DNA of 64,000 nucleotides from an uncultured Candidatus Saccharibacteria bacterium (GTDB lineage Bacteria; Patescibacteriota; Minisyncoccia; Minisyncoccales; JANBVM01): positions 8,197 through 72,196 of the forward strand of contig CAYSZX010000001.1 in NCBI GenBank assembly GCA_964435835.1, read 5' to 3'. Shown piece after piece: positions 39,259 through 48,315 of this stretch (the first letter of the stretch is position 1; each line of letters opens with the position of its first letter). A program made the position numbers and the translations under genes. The notes beneath the pieces are model-generated. The model ran no database searches. It was not told the DNA's origin and worked only from the letters and a program-made list of their open reading frames with translations.

Positions 39259-39804
39259 TTAAAAAGGATAAATTCTTAACAGTTCTTTCCAGGCTTTACA
39301 AAAACGCTTATTTTCTTTTTTAATTTTAGGCAAAAAATCAAGACTTTCACAATCTCTTTTTAATTTATCCATAGCCACTTTCTTAGAAATCTTATCCGCC
39401 ATAGTTAAATAATAAAAATCTGTCATATGACTAACAGAATTAGCTACCGCTAAAATTTTGGCTTCCAATGTTTCCGGTAAAACGTCTTTACATTTATGAG
39501 ATCTAACGCAATGAACTACATCACCAATTCTAGCTGGTGATATCTTTAATTTAGGAAGAAAATGCCTTGCCTCATCAGCAGAATTAACAGCATGATCTTT
39601 ACGAGTCCCTATTATTTGTCCAATATCATGCAACCAAACAGATAATAAAACAGTTTCTCTGTCTGCTTCCGGATAATCCTCTAATATTTTTTTAACCCAC
39701 TTCTCTGTTTTAAAAACATGACGGGGTAAATACTGATAAGGAGGATTATCAGCTTTTTTAAAGTTTTCTAAAAAATACAGCTTTGTTTTACTAATAATAT
39801 CCAT
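39259..39804 (-). CDS. HD-domain protein
   Basis: H..(x)..WLHDIG...DHA..S...RSH, P.TLEAKI. Confidence 0.8.
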   Translation of the reverse strand: MDIISKTKLYFLENFKKADNPPYQYLPRHVFKTEKWVKKILEDYPEADRETVLLSVWLHDIGQIIGTRKDHAVNSADEARHFLPKLKISPARIGDVVHCVRSHKCKDVLPETLEAKILAVANSVSHMTDFYYLTMADKISKKVAMDKLKRDCESLDFLPKIKKENKRFCKAWKELLRIYPF

Positions 39805-39834
39805 AAATAAAAAAACGCCCTAAATTTTAGGTTT

Positions 39835-40230
39835 TTATTTCTTTTCTTTCTTTTCTTTTCTAAACATTATAGGGGTAATTCTTTCATAAAAAGTAAGCCT
39901 TTTTTCAAGTTTCTTTTCATTCCCTTTAATTTTCTTATCCCAAACTGTTGGATTTTTCTTAACCATTCTATAAACCGAATCAAAATGCTTCTTTAAAGTA
40001 GTTAACTTATATTTAATAGATCTAAGAAGCTTGGTTTTTCTTTTATCAGACAATCCTTTCTTATAAGAAATTTCCAAAGGAACCCCCATTTTTTTCATTA
40101 GTTTATTAACGTTTGGATTAACCTCCCATTTTTCAGCTTTATTGCGTAGTTCTTTAGCTCTTTCTTTAAACCGAGCAAGAGTTTTTAAAGCCTTTTTTTG
40201 TTGTTTTTTCTTTTTGCTTTTTTTAGTCAT
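39835..40230 (-). CDS. Basic hypothetical protein
   Basis: 131-aa Lys-rich ORF with AAGGA upstream; no recognisable motif. Confidence 0.55.
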   Translation of the reverse strand: MTKKSKKKKQQKKALKTLARFKERAKELRNKAEKWEVNPNVNKLMKKMGVPLEISYKKGLSDKRKTKLLRSIKYKLTTLKKHFDSVYRMVKKNPTVWDKKIKGNEKKLEKRLTFYERITPIMFRKEKKEKK

Positions 40231-40286
40231 TGTCCTTAAATTTTAGCAGAGAATTGACTTTTAATCAATTTTCTTTTCTAAAATTA

Positions 40287-40781
40287 CTAAAACTTTTCAT
40301 TTAAAAAAGCAATTAGATAACCTAAAAAAGAACCTCCTAGAATATCCAAAGGATAATGAACTCCAACAAAAACTCGAGATAAACCAATCAAAAAAGAATT
40401 TAATAGCATCCAACTCCCTATTTCTTTGTTCCCAAACCAAATTATAAAAGACAAAGTAAAAAAGAAAGTACTATGGCCTGAAGGAAAAGATAAATCACTT
40501 AAACGACGGATTAAAAGATTAACATTGTGAGTTATAAACGGTCTATTTCTTTCAATAAATCTCCTAATAATTTTTAAAAGTACAAACCTAGTAAAAAATG
40601 ACAAAGCAATAGCTTTAAAAAACAACCCTTCGTCTAATTTATCTTTCCAAATTAAAAAAATAAGAATAAAAATCATTACAAATCCACTATATTCAGCAAA
40701 GAAAACGCCAATTTGGTCTAGCCAATTGTATTTATTCGCTAAATCATTAATTTTTTTAAACCAATCGTAATCTTTTTTCAT
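40287..40781 (-). CDS. PAP2 family phosphatase (undecaprenyl-diphosphatase BcrC-like)
   Basis: R.RPF, SFPSGH, SRVFVGVHYP.D. Confidence 0.9.
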   Translation of the reverse strand: MKKDYDWFKKINDLANKYNWLDQIGVFFAEYSGFVMIFILIFLIWKDKLDEGLFFKAIALSFFTRFVLLKIIRRFIERNRPFITHNVNLLIRRLSDLSFPSGHSTFFFTLSFIIWFGNKEIGSWMLLNSFLIGLSRVFVGVHYPLDILGGSFLGYLIAFLNEKF

Positions 40782-40825
40782 TAATTTTATTATCTAATAT
40801 TTAATCTAAAAATCAATGTTAAAAA

Positions 40826-40850
40826 CAAAACCAGGCTAAAATAGCCTGGT
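40826..40850 (-). terminator. Intrinsic terminator after cold-shock gene
   Basis: accaggcta-ttt-tagcctggt then tttg on minus strand. Confidence 0.7.
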
Positions 40851-40876
40851 CTGTTTTTCTAGCCGAATAATCAAAA

Positions 40877-41077
40877 TTATTCAGCACGAGTTACGTTTAC
40901 AGCGTTAGGTCCTTTATCAGAATCTACTACTTCAAAAGAAAGCTTGTCGCCTTCTTTTAACTCTTCAAAGCTAACACCTTGAAGTTCGTTGCTGTGAAAA
41001 AATAAATCATCATCTTTTCCATCAACAGTAATAAAGCCGTAACCTCTATCTGTAAGTTTTTTAACGGTTCCTTCCAT
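40877..41077 (-). CDS. Cold-shock domain protein
   Basis: GTVK...RGYGFI, DLFFH, L.EG..LSFEV...KGPNA.NV. Confidence 0.95.
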   Translation of the reverse strand: MEGTVKKLTDRGYGFITVDGKDDDLFFHSNELQGVSFEELKEGDKLSFEVVDSDKGPNAVNVTRAE

Positions 41078-41307
41078 TATTTTACAACTTTTAAATTTCT
41101 AAATTAAGCTTTTCCTTTTAAAACCGACTACTTTCATAGGATAAGCCATTGATAATAAATTAGCAGAAAAAAATATAAAGTCAAGTGAATAACTTACCTA
41201 TTCTTCTTTTTTCTGACTTTTTGTATTATCCTGAGTTCCTTTCTGAACACTCTTTTTTAACCCCACTCAACCTTTTGTATTGCAAATTATGATTTTTTCT
41301 CAACACA

Positions 41308-42030
41308 CTAATCCAATTTGGCAATTTTCAATAACTTCTTATAAATTATAATATCTGCTAAATAGGTTATAGGAAAAATCCATAGACAACCTAAAAACAA
41401 AGATAATATTCCTAAAACAAAAAGAGTAGAATTTATTAATTTAAGCAAAAGAATTTGCCATTTATAACCTTCTGTAATCTTCACACTTTTTTTCATTGCA
41501 CTCAAACAGTCCATTTTCTTATCAATTACTAGATATTTGGATTGAGAAAATATTAACCCAAAATATATTCCTGGCACGATAAATAAAAGAAATCCCAAAA
41601 AACTAATTAAGTACACAAGAAAATCAACAAAAAAAACATCAAAAACCATTCTCCAATTTTTTTTATTAAACAATTCGATTACCTCGGTTTTTTCTTTGTT
41701 ATAAATATCAAGAAAAATATTAAATAGTCCTATTCCCAGCCAATAACTTACAGCAATAAACAAAAACTGACCAACAGCAGGAATTACATTTACTCCGCTT
41801 AAAATAAGTGAAGAAATAACAAAAACAATTAATAACCCTGCCAAAAAGCCCAAATTACTATTAGTTAAGACCCATGCTTCCTTGAAAGTATCCCCTACTT
41901 TAATCTTTTGCTTGTTTTCTTCTTTATAAATTTTTTGTTGTGTTTTTTCTTGTTGAGTTTTCTTTCCTTGTTGAGGTCGTTCTTGAGTTTCAAACTCCTG
42001 AGACTGATCTTCTTTTTTATCCTCTTCCAT
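41308..42030 (-). CDS. Membrane protein, DUF975-like
   Basis: G.LLFIVPGI, AMKKS..IT.GYKW; four TM segments. Confidence 0.7.
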   Translation of the reverse strand: MEEDKKEDQSQEFETQERPQQGKKTQQEKTQQKIYKEENKQKIKVGDTFKEAWVLTNSNLGFLAGLLIVFVISSLILSGVNVIPAVGQFLFIAVSYWLGIGLFNIFLDIYNKEKTEVIELFNKKNWRMVFDVFFVDFLVYLISFLGFLLFIVPGIYFGLIFSQSKYLVIDKKMDCLSAMKKSVKITEGYKWQILLLKLINSTLFVLGILSLFLGCLWIFPITYLADIIIYKKLLKIAKLD

Positions 42031-42127
42031 AAAAAATATCATTAAATTAATAAGCTAAATAATAAAATTGCCTTTTTTATTTATAAGAATTATAACAGAT
42101 TGAAATTTTAAGTCTATTTTTAAAAAT

Positions 42128-42155
42128 AAAAACCCCCCTTAAAGGGAGGGTTTTT
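42128..42155 (-). terminator. Intrinsic terminator after acidic micro-ORF
   Basis: aaaccctccct-tta-aggggggttttt on minus strand. Confidence 0.7.
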
Positions 42156-42173
42156 CATTTTCAAACTGCAAGG

Positions 42174-42239
42174 TTATTCTTCGTTTCCTTCAGTTTCTTC
42201 TTCTCCTTGCTTTTGTTCTTCTTTTTCTTCTTCTTCCAT
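42174..42239 (-). CDS. Candidate 21-aa acidic micropeptide MEEEEKEEQKQGEEETEGNEE
   Basis: ATG..TAA ORF bracketed by extended -10 TGCTATAAT (42298-42290), GAAAGGTTG leader motif and a terminator. Confidence 0.5.
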   Translation of the reverse strand: MEEEEKEEQKQGEEETEGNEE

Positions 42240-42325
42240 GGTGAGAATTTAGATTATCTTAATAAAAAAATCAACCTTTCAGTGCTGATATTATAGCAAA
42301 TATGCATTTTTTTTAAAAGTAAACA

Positions 42326-42351
42326 AAAACCCCCAGAAAGAGGGGATTTTG
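42326..42351 (-). terminator. Intrinsic terminator after DUF378 gene
   Basis: GC stem tcccct...ggggg then ttttt on minus strand. Confidence 0.55.
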
Positions 42352-42369
42352 TTAACCTATTTCAATAGT

Positions 42370-42591
42370 TTAGAATTCCTGTTTTGGATTTTCCTTAGGT
42401 TTCTTTCCAGCAAAAGAAATGAAGGCTAAATAAATTGCTGCCAATCCTACTAAATCGTAAATTATCTTTGTCAGCATAGTAGCAGAACCAAAAATAGCAG
42501 TAACTAAATTAAAGTTCATAAAACCAATCAGCCCCCAATTCAGACCGCCGATAATAACCAGTATTAAAGCTAAAGTTTTTAGCGTATTCAT
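42370..42591 (-). CDS. DUF378 family small membrane protein
   Basis: LVIIGGLNWGLIG...FNLV..IFG....IIY.LVGLAA. Confidence 0.9.
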   Translation of the reverse strand: MNTLKTLALILVIIGGLNWGLIGFMNFNLVTAIFGSATMLTKIIYDLVGLAAIYLAFISFAGKKPKENPKQEF

Positions 42592-42664
42592 AATATCTTG
42601 GCTTATTTTTTTAAGACGACCTTTCAATTACTATAATAATAACATTAAATCCAAAGATAATAAA

Positions 42665-43270
42665 TCACCCTACAACTGCTTTAAAAATTTTAAATAAGTT
42701 TTTATTAGTTTTCTCAGCGATAGAAAGATATTGTTTAAATTCCTTATTCCATCTTTCAAACTTATTTCTAGAAGGATGCCCTTCAGGAATAAAATCCTGA
42801 GAAAGCCTATTATCTAATTTATCACATAATTTAATTAACCTTACTTCTTTGCTGCTTTTAACAAGCCTTTTTATCTTTTTTTGTTTACTCTTAGCTTTTT
42901 CATCTGGAGTTTCACTTTCTGATCTCTCCCTAGTAACTGCTTTAACTAATCTCAAAACCTCGTTTCCTAATCTATTTTTAATCTCCTTAGCTGGGATATT
43001 TGTATCTTCCAAAACATCATGAAGCAAAAGAACACAAATTAAATTAACTTTTTTTATCTTTGCTTCTTCAATTAATAATAAAGCCGCTCTTATTGGATGG
43101 ATAAAATAAGGAATGTTGGTATCTCTCATCTGACCCTTATGGCCTTTTTCAGCTAACTTAAAAGCTTTCAGAATTTTATTTTTATCTTTAGAGTCAAAAC
43201 TATCAATAATTTTTAAAAACTTTTTCCTTTGATAATTAAAGTCTAAAAACTTGTCTTTATTTATATTCAT
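42665..43270 (-). CDS. Small alarmone hydrolase-like HD protein (RelA/SpoT HD domain only)
   Basis: A...H.GQ.R....PYFIHP, LLHDVLEDT, V..VT, IKL.DKLDN. Confidence 0.85.
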   Translation of the reverse strand: MNINKDKFLDFNYQRKKFLKIIDSFDSKDKNKILKAFKLAEKGHKGQMRDTNIPYFIHPIRAALLLIEEAKIKKVNLICVLLLHDVLEDTNIPAKEIKNRLGNEVLRLVKAVTRERSESETPDEKAKSKQKKIKRLVKSSKEVRLIKLCDKLDNRLSQDFIPEGHPSRNKFERWNKEFKQYLSIAEKTNKNLFKIFKAVVG

Positions 43271-44058
43271 TTAATATTGAGTTCAATTGCTTTTTTAATT
43301 TGAGTTAATTCAGAAGGGTTAATGTCTTTTAATGAATTACCTTTAAAACTCTGGATTATCTTGACCCCTTCGGTATCTATTTTTACTCTGCTTCTGGAAG
43401 CTAAAACAAGATTAGGACTCCTAATTTCTCCTTCAGAAGGTCCTTTGTTAATAAAACACTTTCTAGCATCCATAATAACTAAATCAGAATTTATTATTTT
43501 ATTTAACTCAGCTATTTTTTCTTGTAATTTACGAAAATGAAAACCAACCCTCTCAAGAGGTTTCATAAATCCCATAGACAATTTTAGACTACCAGTAAAC
43601 TTAGCTAAAAAATGAGTTTTTAAATTAGGTAAAAGAATTAATTTATCAGCTCTATCTAAATATTCAGAAACAGAAAGTTCTTTTAAATAATTCCCTTCCG
43701 GTATTTTCTTTTTTACCCATTCACGTTCATCAAAAACATAAATTCGAGGAGGTCTTTCTTTCTTTTCTAAATCAAAAACGCCTAACTCCTCCATTATTTT
43801 TCTAGTATTCAAGCTCATAGTTGAAGAATCGCCAGTTATCACCATCTTAGCTCCACAATCATAAACTAATTCAGTAACAACTTGTAAAAAATCTAAACTT
43901 GTTGAAGCCGGATAAGGATCAGCTGTATTAAAATTAGGTTTTAATAAAACAACATCTCCCCTATCAATAAAATTATCAAAACCCCCTATTTCATTCACGG
44001 CTTCTGAAATAGATTCTTTTAAATTTTCGTCTACTTTTACTTTTGATACTTTATCCAT
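43267..44058 (-). CDS. DUF362 family protein
   Basis: GD.VLLKPNFNT, I.LP.LKTH, TGSLK..MG, IMDAR...GP. Confidence 0.85.
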   Translation of the reverse strand: MDKVSKVKVDENLKESISEAVNEIGGFDNFIDRGDVVLLKPNFNTADPYPASTSLDFLQVVTELVYDCGAKMVITGDSSTMSLNTRKIMEELGVFDLEKKERPPRIYVFDEREWVKKKIPEGNYLKELSVSEYLDRADKLILLPNLKTHFLAKFTGSLKLSMGFMKPLERVGFHFRKLQEKIAELNKIINSDLVIMDARKCFINKGPSEGEIRSPNLVLASRSRVKIDTEGVKIIQSFKGNSLKDINPSELTQIKKAIELNIK

Positions 44059-44127
44059 TTTTTTTAAAAAAATTAATCCTTAGTACATTATAATAAAAAA
44101 AAGCGAGAAAAAAAATGATTTCTCGAT

Positions 44128-44391
44128 TTATAATTCTTTTTGAATATTGCTAATGCGCCTTAAAAGAGCACTAACAACATCTTTAGCTCTATCCTCTTCT
44201 TGAGCTTTTCTTATTAAAAATTGATTCTCCTTTTCAAGTTGAAGAATAATTTCCTTCAACTCTTCGAGGATTTCTCGATCAACCTCCACCTTCTCAAATG
44301 GAAGTTGTCTCCTGCTGCAAAGAATTTTTTTTGCATGATACAGGATCTCCCACCCCCCAGGAGAAAAGCCCGACAATTCTGTTAAGTTCAT
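44128..44391 (-). CDS. Hypothetical protein
   Basis: 87-aa ORF, helical C-terminal half; no motif recognised. Confidence 0.5.
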   Translation of the reverse strand: MNLTELSGFSPGGWEILYHAKKILCSRRQLPFEKVEVDREILEELKEIILQLEKENQFLIRKAQEEDRAKDVVSALLRRISNIQKEL

Positions 44392-44413
44392 ACTTATAAA
44401 ATAACATAATTAC

Positions 44414-45766
44414 TTATTCTGTCAACAGAGCTCCCCTAGTATAAATATTCTTAGGGTTCCAAAGTAACCAACCGGAAGTCTCAGTATCTTCTGCGGCATT
44501 AATTTGAGCTCTCACCTTATTAACATCATAACTAATTTCCCTATCACTATCAGCCTTTAAATTAAAATCTTGCAACCAAGGTCTAATTCTAGCTTTAGAA
44601 CAATACATAACAGAATTCTTCCCTACGCATTGAGGCTGAAGTTCTAATTCAGAATAAGCAGAAGAAATAAAATCTCTTCCAGAATAAACAGACCTAGAAA
44701 CAATTTCATAAGGTTTATTAGAAACAATTTCTTCAATATCCTCAGATTCATAAGGAAAATGAAGAAGAGGTAAATTTCTTTCTAAATCAGCCCCAACTGA
44801 AAAACCGCCAAAATAATGACTTGGATAAATCATAAAAGAAATATAGTCAAAAGTATCAACAAAGCTAGAAATCTTTTGACCAATAGTAGGAGAAGAAGAA
44901 AGAAGAGCTACTTCTCCAAATAAATCAACAGAAAGAATAATATCAGACTTATAATCTCTTAAATTATTTCTTAATCTTAAACAAAACTCTCTAATAATAT
45001 CTGTTTTTTCTTTTTCTTCTTTATAGAAAGGATAAACAATTTCGTCATCATCTACAGGAAAACGAATGTAATCATATTGAATTTCATCAAAACCAGCATC
45101 AATAACTTGATAAGATAAATCAATTAAATATTTCTGAACTTGAGTACTAGAAGGATCAAGCCAATAATAACCTTTATGGTCTTGCCAAAAACCTCCTTCT
45201 TGATTTTTAATATAAAAATTAGGCTTTGTTTTTGTTAAAGAATTATCTCTAAAAGAAACCAGCCTAGCGATAACCCAAATATCTTTCGCATGTAACTCCT
45301 CAACTAATCTTTTTAAATTATCAGATAATTGAAAACCATCTACTTCTTTAACGTCTATCACTACTGCATTAAGCTCGGTTTCTTCTAAAAGTTCTTCAAT
45401 GTCGCTTAAAATTTGTTGAGCACTAGAATTAGAAGAACTAGAATTACCAATCAATTTAGTAATATAAACACCTTTAACATTATTAGATTGCTCAAGAATC
45501 TTTTCTCGAGTCTTATAATCCTCATTGAATTCTTTAGTAATGTCTTTAAGGTTTAAATCTTCTTTTGAAAAATTATTATTTTCAATTTCCAACAAAGCTA
45601 TTTCTTCCTTTAAACTCTCTATTATTTCTTGCTTCTCTCCTAATATTACTTGTTTCTCTTCTATTATTTCTTTCTTTTCATTTAAACCATTTTGAAAAAA
45701 CCAATATCCAATAAAAAAAAGACTAATAAATAAACTAACAAACAAAATTTTAAACCTATTTTTCAT
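44414..45766 (-). CDS. Putative glycoside hydrolase (DUF4015/GTA TIM-barrel-like), membrane-anchored
   Basis: VKGVYIT, NAVVIDVK, IARLV.F.D, WLDP, GFDEIQYDYIRFP, S.D.FG, MIYPSHY, RPWLQDF, WNP.N.Y. Confidence 0.85.
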   Translation of the reverse strand: MKNRFKILFVSLFISLFFIGYWFFQNGLNEKKEIIEEKQVILGEKQEIIESLKEEIALLEIENNNFSKEDLNLKDITKEFNEDYKTREKILEQSNNVKGVYITKLIGNSSSSNSSAQQILSDIEELLEETELNAVVIDVKEVDGFQLSDNLKRLVEELHAKDIWVIARLVSFRDNSLTKTKPNFYIKNQEGGFWQDHKGYYWLDPSSTQVQKYLIDLSYQVIDAGFDEIQYDYIRFPVDDDEIVYPFYKEEKEKTDIIREFCLRLRNNLRDYKSDIILSVDLFGEVALLSSSPTIGQKISSFVDTFDYISFMIYPSHYFGGFSVGADLERNLPLLHFPYESEDIEEIVSNKPYEIVSRSVYSGRDFISSAYSELELQPQCVGKNSVMYCSKARIRPWLQDFNLKADSDREISYDVNKVRAQINAAEDTETSGWLLWNPKNIYTRGALLTE

Positions 45767-45805
45767 TTTTCAAAAATATTTAGTTTTGATTCTGATTTAT
45801 TATAA

Positions 45806-45830
45806 CAAAAACTCGAGCTAAATGCTCGAG
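45806..45830 (-). terminator. Intrinsic terminator
   Basis: ctcgagc-attta-gctcgag followed by ttttt on minus strand. Confidence 0.65.
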
Positions 45831-45920
45831 CTGTACTTTCTTCTTCTATCCAACTCATTAACATTATAATAATTTCCAATCACTCTTACTAAAATACAAA
45901 AATTCAATAATGTATTTATT

Positions 45921-47210
45921 TTACTGACTCAAAATGTTTAACAAACTTGTTTTAATTTCCTCATTAAAACCAGAAAAGCTTTTTTCTTCAGTGAAAATAA
46001 AAGGAAAATACTCATAAGAAGTAGAAACACCCGAACTAGTTGGATGATCGCCAAAGTATTTCTCTCTTTCCTCACCAAAATCTTCATCGGCAACCAAAAC
46101 TTCTTTAAATTCAATATCATTATCGTTAAAAAATTCTTTTGCTTCTAAACACATTGATCCTTGGTTATTGTGAAACATTACAACTTCATTCTCACTATAT
46201 AAATCAGTTGAGGTTGAAGAAGAATTTTGTTTTCCAGTTAATTCTTCAATTGAACATGGGTTTTTAACACGATTACCTTCTGTTTCGGCTCCCTCCTCTA
46301 CATGTTCTAACATTTCAGGAGTGTAAGGAGAGTTACGATTTTGAGGAATTTTATGAAATTCCATCTCATAATCAGATTTTGCCATCATTTGATCCAAAGA
46401 AACCCACTTAATTTCATTATTGTCCCAAAAATTCTTCCACGTTTCCATCCAATCTTCTAAGTAACCACCAATATTAGTATGAGAGACCGGAGTAAACCTA
46501 TCATATTCATTAATTGTCTTTATTAAATCTCCCCTCATATCTTCGGGTTCACCTTCTCTTGTCCAATAACTATAATCACATAAACTTCCGTATTTAAATT
46601 CTATATTTTCAATATTGGATACAGATAAAATCTTTACATTATAATCTTTAACATCATAAACTCCAGCTTTGGTTCCCATTGTCCCTCTAGCCGTAACATA
46701 AGGAATATTCAATTCTTCAGCAGCCTTAACAGTATTTTCATCTGAAGCAAAAAAGCGAGAACCAACTATCTTAATAGGTTTACCAGTACAAGATTCTATT
46801 CTGCTTTTAATTTCAGAAATTCTTTCGTATTGTTCTTCATAAGGCATATCCCAAAATGGAGATTCTGTATTAGAACCAATTATTTCCACTCCATAATTAG
46901 TCAGTTCCTTAATAGTTGAACAATTATCTTCAACAAATTCCGGAGTAACGAGCAAAGCAGAAGGAATATCTCTTTGGTTAAGTTCATTTACAAAATTAAC
47001 CAAACCAACAGTATCTTTATACTCAATAAGAATCACCATTCCTTCCGGAATTTCTTCCGAAATTTCTACCTCTTGTTGCTCCTGTTCTTGGATCTCTTCA
47101 TCAATTTCATTTTCAGGATTAATAAATTCATTAAAAATAAAGAATCCAAAACCAGCAATTAAAACAAGAACTAATGATCCATAAACAATTAAGAAGTTTT
47201 TATTACTCAT
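45921..47210 (-). CDS. Membrane-anchored polysaccharide-deacetylase-like domain fused to C-terminal glutaredoxin-like domain
   Basis: IPSALLV, GVEI, YEEQ...I...K..IE..TG; C-terminal FHN..GSMC.EA.EF...P.IF..SFSGFN. Confidence 0.6.
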   Translation of the reverse strand: MSNKNFLIVYGSLVLVLIAGFGFFIFNEFINPENEIDEEIQEQEQQEVEISEEIPEGMVILIEYKDTVGLVNFVNELNQRDIPSALLVTPEFVEDNCSTIKELTNYGVEIIGSNTESPFWDMPYEEQYERISEIKSRIESCTGKPIKIVGSRFFASDENTVKAAEELNIPYVTARGTMGTKAGVYDVKDYNVKILSVSNIENIEFKYGSLCDYSYWTREGEPEDMRGDLIKTINEYDRFTPVSHTNIGGYLEDWMETWKNFWDNNEIKWVSLDQMMAKSDYEMEFHKIPQNRNSPYTPEMLEHVEEGAETEGNRVKNPCSIEELTGKQNSSSTSTDLYSENEVVMFHNNQGSMCLEAKEFFNDNDIEFKEVLVADEDFGEEREKYFGDHPTSSGVSTSYEYFPFIFTEEKSFSGFNEEIKTSLLNILSQ

Positions 47211-47215
47211 TTTTT

Positions 47216-47497
47216 CTATTTAGTCATTTCTTTAACTTCCTCTTCTCCTTCTTTCATTCTCTCAGCCATTTCTTTATCTTTCTGAAGCAACAAAGTCTGA
47301 AATTCTCCAACGTGTTCTTTTTCTTCATTTGCTATATCTAAAAGAACTTCTTTAAGTAATTCATCTTTAGTCATAGCTGCCATTTGTTCGTAGAGATTAA
47401 TAGCATCCAACTCAGCAAATATTCCAGCTCTTAATATTTCTTTATCTATATTTTCTTGTTTTATTTTATCTAAGTTAATAGGTAGTTTTGATAACAT
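47216..47497 (-). CDS. Ferritin-like protein of encapsulated-ferritin (EncFtn/Flp) type
   Basis: EILR....AELDAINLYEQ, L.DIA.EEK.HVGEF..LL...D. Confidence 0.85.
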   Translation of the reverse strand: MLSKLPINLDKIKQENIDKEILRAGIFAELDAINLYEQMAAMTKDELLKEVLLDIANEEKEHVGEFQTLLLQKDKEMAERMKEGEEEVKEMTK

Positions 47498-47574
47498 TTT
47501 ATTTTTAAAATTGATTTATAACTTGACTATTATTTATTATACACAAAAAAATAATTTTGACTATTTTCTAAAAA

Positions 47575-48315
47575 CTAAAACCTTTTATCTAAACTTTTTT
47601 GATGCCATTTAACCGCTAAAAAGAATAATAAAATAGTAAAACCAAAAAGAACAATAACATTATTTAAAGGAGGAAAATAGCTTGCTCCCTCTACAGAGTA
47701 TCTGGCCAAATCAGTAAAATAAGTTAAAGGAGAGAGATAAGACAAAAATTTCAACCTTCCAATTTCAGTAATTGGAACAAATATTCCACTAATAAACAAC
47801 AGAGGAAACTTTAGTAAAGTAGAGATTAACATAATGTCAGAAGGTTTATCGGCTGGAGGAGCAGAAATCAAAATTCCTAAAGAAGAAAAACAAAAAGCAG
47901 CTATTATAGTTCCTAAAAGTAAATAAATATTTATTATCTCTATACCCAATATAAAAACACTAAAAACTAGAATAAAAGAAAGAATAAATAAGCCAAACAG
48001 AACAGAACCAATAACGTCTCCTAAAAGAATAGCCCAGAGAGAGATAGGAGATGAAATTAATCTTTCAAAAGTTCGCATTCTTGTTTCCCAAGGAGCTATA
48101 ACCGGAGTAATAGCTGAAACAGAAAAGAATAAAGCCATTCCTAACAAACCAGGCAATAAAAATTCCCAAGAAGCATCTCTTTTAAAAGAAAAAGAAAGAA
48201 ACATAAAAGCAGGAATCAATAATCCCTGAATTAAAACAGGCCCTCGCACGTAATAGACAGATAAATCTTTTTTAGTAATAGCAAAAGCTCTTTTTAGTTG
48301 TTCTAAAATCTTCAT
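47575..48315 (-). CDS. ABC-2 type transporter permease
   Basis: Six TM, ERL.S.P.S, FISG.F.P, SPLTY..D. Confidence 0.9.
   Translation of the reverse strand: MKILEQLKRAFAITKKDLSVYYVRGPVLIQGLLIPAFMFLSFSFKRDASWEFLLPGLLGMALFFSVSAITPVIAPWETRMRTFERLISSPISLWAILLGDVIGSVLFGLFILSFILVFSVFILGIEIINIYLLLGTIIAAFCFSSLGILISAPPADKPSDIMLISTLLKFPLLFISGIFVPITEIGRLKFLSYLSPLTYFTDLARYSVEGASYFPPLNNVIVLFGFTILLFFLAVKWHQKSLDKRF

Noticed and set aside
41194-41280. AAAAGGTTGA motif followed by short GTG-started ORFs (e.g. 41250-41194, VFRKELRIIQKVRKKKNR)
   Set aside because: No ATG, spacing differs from the other motif copies, and no terminator; kept only as a possible extra motif instance
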